Source: Octopus vulgaris
Taxonomy: Eukaryota
Assembly: GCA_951406725.2 (NCBI GenBank)
Contig: OX597816.1
Span: forward strand, 121,272,001 to 121,336,000
DNA: 64,000 nucleotides
Reading direction: 5' to 3'
The notes beneath the pieces are model-generated. The model saw nothing but the letters and a program-made list of their open reading frames with translations. It was not told where the DNA came from and made no database searches. The position numbers were made by a program, and so were the translations under genes. Below, in pieces: positions 53,322-64,000 of the stretch (position 1 is the first letter of the stretch; each line of letters opens with the position of its first letter).

Positions 53322-53700
53322 AATATTCAGTTTTATTCCAAGATTTCTTGCCAATAGAGAAAGAACCGGTTTCTAGCCCGGATACAAGGCTCCTTCATTG
53401 GAATTTCAACAACATCACCAGTGTATTTGTGCATGTACGTAAGCATATGTGCAGTATTTGAAGTCAGTGCATGTGCAGTTTGTATGTTGCATTTTATATA
53501 TGTATTCTCCTCCATATTACTGCATGTCAAGACATGTGCATATATAATTTGCATGATAAACTTGTGGAAAGTTTTACAAATTTTTACACTTCCAGAAATG
53601 GCTTGGATCTGTAGTTTTCGAATCAGCTTTCTCCTTTCTGGTTTTGAGAAGCCTAATATCTCAAAATTCATACTCAGGCAGTGTGTTACATACTCCATAT
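53322..53700 (-). mobile_element. 3' end of the REL-type LINE, copy 2
   Basis: LGFSKPERRKLIRKLQIQAISGSVKICKTFHKFI plus the same 3' UTR as 29335-29440. Flanked by (TATG)n. Confidence 0.85.
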
Positions 53701-53807
53701 GCATACATGTATGTATGTATGTATGTATGTATGTATGTATGTATGTATGTATGTATGTATGTATGTATGTATGTATGTATGTATGTATGTATGTATGTGT
53801 AAGTATG

Positions 53808-53838
<31 letters not shown>

Positions 53839-54063
53839 TGCTAAGTTGGGTTTCTTGGAGACCAACTTGATTTTTGTCCTATAGTGTAGGACAAAAATGC
53901 CAGCAATTACAAATGCTAGCAACGAGTACGATGAAAAATAGAAATAACAAATCACATAAACAATTTTATATTTTCGGTTTTGTTAACAATAATGTAAACG
54001 AGCGTGTGTATGCATACATTTAAGTCTGTGCGTGTAAGTGCTTATGCGTTGTGCTTATGTATA

Positions 54064-54665
54064 CAGTAAAATCTCATTTTACGAGGAACCGCTTTACGAG
54101 ACCCCGGGTTTACGAGTTTTATTTTACAAAAATATAGAAAGGTTAAACAGCCATTTTGTGTTTGTGGCAACGTCGCAACATGTGGCAACACTGGTTCTGA
54201 TGCATCTACACATCTGCATATAGCGACGGAATAAAAGCTTCTTCTAAGCAAACAACTTTACACTTGTTTTTAAATAGAAATCTACAAGTCCGTCTACGAG
54301 TGCTTGTGAATCGGTGCTCGTGTCTACAAGTGATGGTGTGCGCGAGTCTAGTGCATACATACATAGATACATGCATACATACATACATACATACATACAT
54401 ACATACATACATACATACATACATACATACATACATACATACATACAAAGTGATTTAGAAAATGATTATAATAATATAACTTAATTTTTATTTTCACATA
54501 AAATATTCTTTACATTCTATTGTTACATTATTGCCATGTATTTACGCGTATTTTAAATTTTACAGGTAAAATATTTTTCTGGGAACGAATTACGATTTGT
54601 AACATTGTCACTATGGAAAATTATTGCTCTGGGAACGAATTAACTCGTATATCGAGGCATCACTG
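54064..54665. mobile_element. Possible Tigger/pogo-type non-autonomous element
   Basis: TA-flanked imperfect TIRs CAGTAAAATCTCATTTTACGAG / CTCGTATATCGAGGCATCACTG. Confidence 0.4.
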
Positions 54666-54719
54666 TACATGTTTGTGTGTTTCTGTGCGTGTTATTGAGA
54701 GAGAGTGAATGACTGAATG

Positions 54720-54828
<109 letters not shown>

Positions 54829-56461
54829 ATGTCGTGAGCGTATCTGCTAATGTACGTGTTTATTTGTAGCAATCACATTGTTTCAGAAACTGGTCAATGT
54901 TGATCACATGACCTAGTGATTATCCAAAGCTTAACGACGTCTGTTTGTCCAATGATTTAGTCTATAGGCGTTTTACGACAATTAACAAGGTTGCTATTCA
55001 CTTAGTTATGCCTATCATTACAGAGTTTAAAGACCATAGTGAAATTTCTTGGCATATAATCCATGCTACTGTCGACATTTTGGCTTATTGCTTTAAAAAC
55101 ACCTGACAGACTTACTTTCAGTTTGTTATTGTAATTGCGATGTTGTGGTCACTCACGGACACTTCGTTCGTTGTTACCAACAAGATCCTGGTTGGTTATC
55201 CTGTGAACAAACATACATAAATGCATGCCTACCTACTTACCTACCTACCTACCTTCATACCTACTTACCTACCTACCTACCTACCTACCTACCTACCTAC
55301 CTACCTACCTACCTACCTACATACATACATACATACATACATACATACATACATACACATATATGCCCGCTCTACACAGAAGCATACATACATTCATGCA
55401 TACATACATACATACATACATACATACATACATACATACATACATACATACATACATACATACACATATATGCCCGCTCTACACAGAAGCATACATACAT
55501 TTATACATTCATACATACATACATACATACATACATACATACATACATACATACATACATACATACATACATACGTACGTACGAGTATACATATAGACAT
55601 ACACACGCATACGTACAATCAATGTATGAGTGGCTCAGTGAAGATATATAAAACATTTCAGGATTTCTCTATATGTATGCATGCTATCGCTTGTACGTAT
55701 GCCATACACACTTGCAAATAGAATTATAAAGCACGCTCCGGTGTATCAACGTGATATGCGCACCTATCACAAAAGTACAAAGATATCTACACCTGCACCA
55801 TCGCAGATGTTTGCACTAACTTACATGTTCCCAAATCCTAGGAACTGCCTTTAATTCTAGCAAAGACCATTGTCAGTTCATTAGTGACCTGTTTCAAATC
55901 TGCAAAGAACTTGAATATATCTGAAATATCTGAATATATTTACAAGTCACAAACAAAGATTTACACCTAGCTGGCGTATAAATATAACAGTTAAAATTTA
56001 AATTCATAAAATAATAATTACCTCATTCATGTTGGCCCTGTCAACGTGCGACAACATACAACAACACTACTGGCAACTTTGACGACATTACTTCCACCTG
56101 AATGTGAGACTATGAAAGTTTAGAAATGTTCCTGATGGGTTTAGGAATATGACTGATACATATAATATTCAGGAAACTAATACGAAAAGATGACAAAACC
56201 ATTATAAAAAGAGAGAAATCTAGCGTACGATCGTATTTTTTAATACAAGATATTAGTCTGCATGCGTGTGACTATTTGAATGTATATAATTATGTATGTA
56301 TGAATGTATGTATGTATGTATGTATGTATGTATGTATGTATGTATGTATGTATGTATGCATGCATGCATGTATGTATGTATGTATGTATGTATGTATGTA
56401 TGTATGTATGTATGTATGTATGTATGTATGTATGTATGTACGTATGTACGTATGTATATCA

Positions 56462-56582
56462 CTATTCAGTCTTATTTCAAGATTTCTCGTCATTAGAGAA
56501 ACGGCCACTTTCTAATCTAGATCCAATACTCCTTCATTGGAATTTCAATATCAACAATAAGGTATGTCTGTCTGTCTGTCTA

Positions 56583-56615
<33 letters not shown>

Positions 56616-57040
56616 ATGTATGTATGTATGTATGTATGTATGTGTGCATGTATGTACATATGTATATATGTCATTATTCAGCTTTATTTATGCCAATAGA
56701 GAAAGAGCCGATTTCTAACCGGGATCCAAGACTCCTTCATTGGAATTTCAATATCAACAACAGCGTATTTTTGTTTGTATGTATGTATGCATGCACGTAT
56801 GTATGTACGTATATGGGCAGATTTTTATGTCTTGTTTTATGTATGTATTCTCATGCATATAGTTGCAAGTCTAGACATGCTTCTATAAACTTAAATGATG
56901 AATTTCTGGAAACTTTTGCAGATTTTTGAGATACAGTGATGGCTTGGATCTGAAGTCTTCGAAGCAGTTTTCTCCTTTCTTGTTTTGAGAATCCTAATTT
57001 CTCAAGATTGGTATTTAGGCAGTGTGATACATATCCCAGT
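56462..57040 (-). mobile_element. Two tandem 3' ends of the REL-type LINE (copies 3 and 4)
   Basis: 3' UTR copies at 56462-56565 and 56672-56770, plus LGFSKQERRKLLRRLQIQAI in 56900-57040. Confidence 0.8.
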
Positions 57041-57067
57041 GCTCTTTTGTTTGTATGTATGTATGTA

Positions 57068-57128
<61 letters not shown>

Positions 57129-57131
<3 letters not shown>

Positions 57132-59245
57132 TACTTGAACCCCAACTCAAACGAAGTTTACAGAAAGCTGAAAGGGAAAGTGCAGACTGCTCTAAGGAAA
57201 ATTAAACAGGAACGGTGGAATGATAGAGCAAAAGGGGCACAAGATGCAGCTGATAGAAATGATGCCAAGGGTTTGTATTCTTATATTAAGGAGGAATATG
57301 GTCCAAAATTTTCAATAGCTCCAGTGAGAACAGCAAATGGACGTTTGCTTCTGACTGGCACCGCTTCTATTCATAAGCCTGGGTAGAACATCTTTCTGCC
57401 CATTTGAATAGACCATCATATGCTGATATGAGGACGATAGCAAAAATCGAACACTTCCCAGTTATAGAAGAGATGGTATTTTAACCAACTCTAAATGACA
57501 TTTATTTAGCTGTGAATAAGCTGAATAACAGTGTCTTGAAATATGGGTGTGACAAAATGCTTGAACTCTTAAATATATTAATTTGTCACTGTTGGAGAAC
57601 TGAGAAAGTGCCTCAAAACTGGATTGATGCAATTTTAGTTTCTTTGTATAAATCGGGGCCAAAGGATCCATGTGATAATTTTCGTGGGGTTTCGCTTTTG
57701 CCTGTGGTTGGAAAGGTACTTGCCCGCATTCTATTAGAACGTTTAAATACCTTCAGAGATGCAGATGTAGTGTCTGAGTCTCAGTGTGGTTTTCGTTCCT
57801 CCAGGGGCACGTCTGATTGTATTTTTACTATCAGACAATTCCAAGAAAAGTGCATTGTACAGAATCTCGCTCTATACCATTGCTTTGTTGATTTGAGTAA
57901 AGCGTTTCATATTGTCAATCGAAATGCTCTGTGGCTAATTCTAATGAAAATAGGCTGGCTATAAAAATGTGTAAACATGATTAGGAGTATGCATGAAGAT
58001 ATGAAAGCTAGAGTTAAGTTTGATGGTAGGCTCTCTGAATCTTCTGCTGCGGAAAAGGGAGTAAAGCAAGGAGACCTTTATGCACCCACCCTCTTTGCAA
58101 TATATTTTGCTGTTGTGTTGTCACACGCTTCTCAAAAATCTGAGGAAGGTATTTACGTAAAATATCGAACAACAGAGAATGTTTTTAATTTGACCAGACT
58201 GAAATTCAACACAAAGGTTTTTACTTAACTCATTAGGGAACTTTTGTACGCTGACGATTGCGATCTTGTCAGTCATTCTGAAACAGGTCTGCAATCTATT
58301 GTATCTGCATTTGACTCAGCTTGTGATGAATTTTGGCATGACCATCAACTTGAAAGAAACAATGGTAATGTATCAACCTGTGTGTGTTGCTGTTTGTAAA
58401 TTTTTGTTAAGGGTAAGTTACTTGAAGTTGTCGATTCGTTCATCTACCTTGGAAGCTCTGTACAAAATGATGGAAATCTTGATACAGAAATACATCTGCG
58501 AATTCAAAAGGCAGCAAAATTATTTGGTGGATTGGAGCCACACGTTTGATGCCAGCGACTTATAAATAATAATACAAAGCCGGCTCTTTACAAATCATTT
58601 GTCTTACCATCCCTATTGTATTCATGTGAAACATAGACTTGTTATGAAAGGCATTTTAAACCGTTAGAACAATTCCACCAAAAATGTCTTAATCTCATTT
58701 TAAAAATTAAATGGAGTTCTTTTACTCCAAACACAGATATCCTTGCATCTTCAGGTAACACCCCAATTAAAACTATGATTTGGAGAAACCAAATGAGATG
58801 GTGTGGCCATATTGTTCAAATGAACGTATGCCCAAACATCTGTTTTTTTATGAGCTTGCAGAGGGGAAACACTATCGGCGTAAACCTAAAAAAAACAAGG
58901 TTTAAGGACGGCGTAAGGACTATTATGAAGTCACTTGGAATGGATCCAGAGGTCATAGAAACCCTTGCTTCAGATCGAGCTGGATAGCGAACAAAGGTGT
59001 GGATTGGAGTGAAAGCGTTTGAGGAGCCCAGGATAAAGCACGCAAAACTCAAAAAAGATTTAAGGAAGAATGTGACGATCGAGAAGGTGAATCACAGTGA
59101 CCTTTTTGTGTGCACAGTTTGTGACAGACCATGCCTTTCTTTTGCTGAACTTAAATTTCATTTGCGAGCCCATGGAAAACGAACCTCCACCAACTATTCT
59201 GCCTATATTTCTGTGCACACCTTTGAATGCAGTGTATTCCAGGAG
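57129..59245 (+). pseudogene. 5'-truncated RTE-type LINE (reverse transcriptase + C2H2 finger), frameshifted
   Basis: NFRGVSLL, ESQCGFR, FVDLSKAF, GVKQG, YADD (58247-58258) and C-terminal CTVC..HLRAH, spread over ORFs 57512, 57977, 58775 and 58997. Confidence 0.92.
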
Positions 59246-59255
59246 GTTTGCGAAT

Positions 59256-59403
59256 CGACCCCAGTGCGTAAAGGATACTTATTTAATCGACTCCGAAAGG
59301 ATGAAAAGCAAAGTCGACCTGGACGGAATTTGAACTCAGAACATAACTGCATACGAAATACTGCTAAGCCCGGTGTGCTAACGATTTTGCCAGCTCGCTG
59401 CCC
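59256..59403 (-). mobile_element. SINE family B
   Basis: CGACCCCAGTGCGTAA...GGAATTTGAACTCAGAAC...GCCAGCTCGCTGCC. Confidence 0.75.
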
Positions 59404-59486
59404 TAAGGGAATGATATATTGGCGAATGAATGTAGTCCTACATTTCTTTAAAAAGAAGGGATGATCAGGGTTAGAATCAGGGTTGA

Positions 59487-59593
<107 letters not shown>

Positions 59594-59929
59594 GTAGGTA
59601 GGTAGGTAGGTAGGTAGGTAAGTAGGTAGGTAGGTAAGGTAGGTAGGTAGGTAGGTAGGTAGGTAGGTAGGTAGGTAGGTAGGACGAAACAGACAGAGAA
59701 AATTGCGTATGTGTGTGTGTTTGTGTGTGTGATGTGTGTATGCGTGCGTGCGTGCGTGCGTTTTATGGGAGATATATAAAGAAATATGAACGACAGGGTC
59801 CAACCCGTTTATTTGCTGCGGTCTATCGGATAAACTCTACAAGGGAAAGCAAGTCACGCAATGACTCCAAAGTAAAGCAGTGTTGCAGAAGAAAAGCTAT
59901 GTATGACTGTTTTGTAAAGTTTTCAGAAT

Positions 59930-59997
<68 letters not shown>

Positions 59998-60264
59998 TAC
60001 ATATAGGCAATTGGGATAGCTGAGAAAAGCCTGGGAATGGGAGCGGTGTACACAGAGAATAACCATTGAGAAGCGAAGACTGCCTGAAAGTTCTAAAGAA
60101 CAGACGATTGTGTTGTAATAACAAAACAGACTTGTTTAAAGCGTCAGCCGAACAGCCTCTTCTTCCTTCACGCCCTTTTTCCGTAATCTCGCTCTCCTTC
60201 TCTTTCTCTCCCTCTCTCTCTCTTTTTCTCTCTCTCCCCCTCTCTCTCTGTCTCCATATCTTTT

Positions 60265-60325
<61 letters not shown>

Positions 60326-63014
60326 TAATCTGTCTATGTATCTGCCCATCAATCTATCTATTTAGTCTATATCACTTTACCTATTTATTTAATCTATCTA
60401 TATATCTACCTATCTACTACAGTTAACTCACTGTCTATATATAATTCTTTTTTTTTAATCGGTCAGCTAAGGTTTTTTATTAGTTTCCCATTAAACCTAT
60501 TAAACGATGCAGTAAGATTTTATAAGCAATGGCGACTGTTCGATACATATCTTTAGCTGTTTACTTCGTATCTTCTATAGAAACTCCCTACAGAAGTTAC
60601 GGACGCACCTGAGACTGACTGTCATTCTTTACTACAGATATTCTTTGTTTACATAATTCATATTTAAACCAAAACCTGCTATAATTTCGTTAAAAAAAAC
60701 TGTTTTAAAATGTCTAATATTACTAAATATTCTCAAATTCTTGATTATTTTCAAAATTAGTTCATTAGCGAAATGTTGAACGATGTCGTATCATTGAAGG
60801 ATTGCGAAGATATTTCCCCAGATCAGCTATCGATGCTTATAATTTGCCATTCTGCTATAACTACACGCAGTTAACTCCGACTAAAATTAATTCAAACCTT
60901 TACTTTTTCCGAATAGTCAAGAAAGAAAGAGCAGTCCCTATGACCAGGGTCTCCGAGACTAATAAGGAAGAAAAGAAGAAGGTATTCTCACAGCATAAAC
61001 TTAGCCTATATACTTATAGCAAAGTTGACTAAACTAACGACACCCATATAGCCAGGTGTTGCTGTTAAAACGGGTGTCGGATTAAGTCTACTACTCAAGA
61101 ACTCAGAACGCAAAAAGACAGAACAAAATCTATAAGTCTGACGCTCTACCGATTCCATGGACCCCTGCCCTGCACTGACACTTTATATCATCAACATGGA
61201 GGTAATGCAAAGATGAGTGTGATGGAATTTGAACTCAGAACCCAAGGAGCTGGAACAAATACTTCCAGACATTTTGTCATGTAGAATTTGTTCTCTGCCA
61301 ATTCACTGCCCATTGGTCAACTTTGTTTCATCATGACTATCAACTTTAAACCTTCATATATAAGATCAGATCATGTGTAAATAGAGAGATTAAAACGTCC
61401 TGTCTTTTAGATTTAAAAAATATTTCATCTTGCATTTTTATGGTTTCTTTTATTAAAATCAAATTCAGAATGATCCGCAAATATTCTGTCAAAACTTCCC
61501 AATGATGTGCAAATACTTTCTCAAAGCCTTAACATCTTACCTTGCCGAAATGAAGACAAAATATTTGGATTCTACGAATTGCCCGTAGTTATCAGACAGA
61601 CTAACCTATACTCACTTTTCGCCAATCGAAAGCTGTTGCTGAATTTACCTAGAGCCATAAACCTTGATAGGATCATTTCAAAGAATTCATGACCTACAAA
61701 TTTATCCATGCTGCTGACCTTCGATCGATAAACATAAATCATGCTACAACTATAGTGCAACACAATATCAACATAACAAGTGGTTTGGCTAATAGAGGAG
61801 CAAGGGAAGCAACCGCTTCCATCGGACACATTTTTCAAAATTGGCGCCTTTTCAATAATTTTTTCTAACTCTTTAGTTACTTATATCAGTAGTTGTAAGC
61901 TTCATACTTAATGACATTGTTGCTGAAACATAAAATTAACGAATGTAGAATAAATTGCGTATATTGTAACGAATGAAATATTTCGCTTAATATAAGGGAG
62001 TTAAAAATTATTTGGTGTGTCACGGCGCCATTTTTTTTATGTGCTCGCGTCCCCTAACTTTAGAACTTGGCTGCGACCTCTGAACCTGAGCAAAATGTAT
62101 ACTATATAATCACTCGATCTCTAACACCGTTTCATCATATCTAAGTAGTTTAGGCTCTAAACAGCGATAGATTAAGAAAAATGTATTTGATTTACGTAAT
62201 GGAGTAAAATGAACATTCCGTTACTGATGCTTCTTTTATTCAAGTTTCAACCTTTCACTGATTCATACACATTTTCTCAAGGCGCCGATATAATCTTTTA
62301 TTCATTTATTCTTTTATTTGTTTTATTTATTTGAAAACCACCGTAGTAAAGCTCAGCACTGAAGGGTTTAGTCGATCAGATCGAACCTTGTACTTATTTT
62401 TTAAGGTCTGGTGCATATTTTCTCGGTCTGTTTCTAGGGTTTTGCAGATTTCTGTATTAAAAGATAACGTAGGCAAACCAGTTGAGAAGCAACGAGAAAC
62501 AAGTACAAAAACAAAGGTACACACATTACAGTCTTTCACCTAGATCTACCTGTTAAATTTATTTACAAAACTTTAGTGGGCTCAGGGCTCCTGTAGAAGA
62601 TACTTGCCCAGGGTGCAACACAATGAAACTGAACCCAAAAGCACATGGCTGCAAAGCAAACTTCTTAACCACACAATTATGCTTGTGCCATAGATTCCGA
62701 ATAACACAATCCCGAACGTCATAAGATCAAATGCCAAACCATTGTCATGTGCATGATTATTTCTCTTTGCTGTGACTCTTTCACAACATAACACCATTCT
62801 ACAACACAGTTTATGTTGACCAACATAATCTCGAAGGCCAAGACTTATCGTCATGAAAGTATGAACAGATACGGAATTACATAATTATCGTGTACGTAGA
62901 TAGCTTAATAATTGAATGACTTCTTTCTTTGACTGTTAAGATTGAAAATGATACAAATTATAAATTTTTAATTTGGATGTCACACAGAATTACGAATTGA
63001 AATATTGTCTAATA

Positions 63015-63356
63015 CAGTGGTTTGCAACCGGAGTCCACATGGCTTCTGAGGGTCCATATAAAATCTTTGGGAGTCCACGCAACAAAATAGTAAATTGTGG
63101 AAACACAATAGTATTTTAAGGGCCCATGAAAAGTTTTGCATTAGATAGTATTTATCAGTATGTATTGCAAGAAGTTTCTTTCTCAAACATTTTACATAGT
63201 TTAACCTACAGAAGTTAATGTGTGAAAACCAAGATCGGAATTTTGGAAGAAGTTTCTATAAAACTACATTTTAAACATCGAATGGCTATGAGGCTCCACT
63301 GGAATAAAATAATAAACAAAGGGGTCCATAGATTAAAAAATGGTTGAGGACCTCTG
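63015..63356. mobile_element. hAT-type MITE with exact 8-bp TSD
   Basis: CAGTGGTTTGCAACC...GGTTGAGGACCTCTG, with TSD GTCTAATA at 63007-63014 and 63357-63364. Confidence 0.88.
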
Positions 63357-63397
63357 GTCTAATACACCACTAACAGCAATTCCAACGAATAAATAGA

Positions 63398-63739
63398 AAA
63401 GGGTAAAGGCCCCTTTCGGTCATGAATGGCCATGGGATTGCATCAAGAAAGTTACCCACCAAGGCACAAGTCCGGGCAAGGTTGTTTATGGAGGACCAAC
63501 AGTTGCCCATGCATACCGGCCTCCCCTCTCTCTCTCCACGCCACCGATCTTTTCCAAAGGAAGGCAAGGGCCGATACAACTTGGCATCTGTGATGTCACA
63601 ACTCATTTCTACAGCTGAGTGAACTGGAGCAATGTGAAATAAAATGTCTTGCTCAAGAACACGGCACACATCCCGGTCCGGGAATCGAACTCACTACTTC
63701 ATGATTGTGAGCCCGACACTCAAACCACTGAGCCATGCG
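63398..63739 (-). mobile_element. SINE family D
   Basis: Colinear with 40090-40431. Confidence 0.85.
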
Positions 63740-63822
63740 GCTCAGAACTCAAACTAACCTGCTTTAGAGAAGATACCGTGCATCTATTAATGAGCCTGGT
63801 GTGTTGGATTATTCTAAACATA

Positions 63823-64000
63823 AGAGGGGTGCTGAAATGTTCCTCGCTTTAAGAGTATCGCGAATGGCCAAGCTGGAGGCTCAGCCTCCCGAGTTCTTTT
63901 ACAGGGCTTAGAAAAATTGAAAGATTACTACAACAGGTGCGTGAATCTGAGAAGGGAATGTGTTGAATAAAATCATAATTAACTGATCCGCCTGTATTTT
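63823..64000 (+). mobile_element. Mariner-derived MITE (cut by window end)
   Basis: Reverse orientation of 1987-2197. Retains the transposase C-terminal remnant RCVNLRRECVE*. Confidence 0.75.

Noticed and set aside
61616-61693. 78-nt open exon-like segment on minus (HEFFEMILSRFMALGKFSNSFRLAK)
   Set aside because: Weak acceptor, no recognisable homology, no partner exons, and the surroundings look transposon-derived.

Overview
AT-rich, microsatellite-dense eukaryotic DNA, most likely intronic or intergenic sequence of an octopus (coleoid cephalopod). The species guess rests on recognising the SINE families, not on a search. I found no host protein-coding gene I can support, and almost all ORF-track entries are translations of simple repeats. 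The window is dominated by four tRNA-derived SINE families. It also holds decayed LINEs (RTE-type, REL-endonuclease R4/Dong-type, Tx1/L1-type 3' ends), a mariner remnant, MITEs, a Helitron 3' end and a 37-bp minisatellite. The most interesting signals are three hammerhead-ribozyme-like motifs: one with a covariant U3-A8 core pair and one inside a 345-bp direct repeat resembling a retrozyme. Others are an REL-type LINE that appears to target (TACA)n, a family of long fold-back palindromes, and one ~195-bp core enclosed by two different inverted-repeat shells. All alignments were done by eye and many boundaries are approximate. No strongly supported novel system was found.
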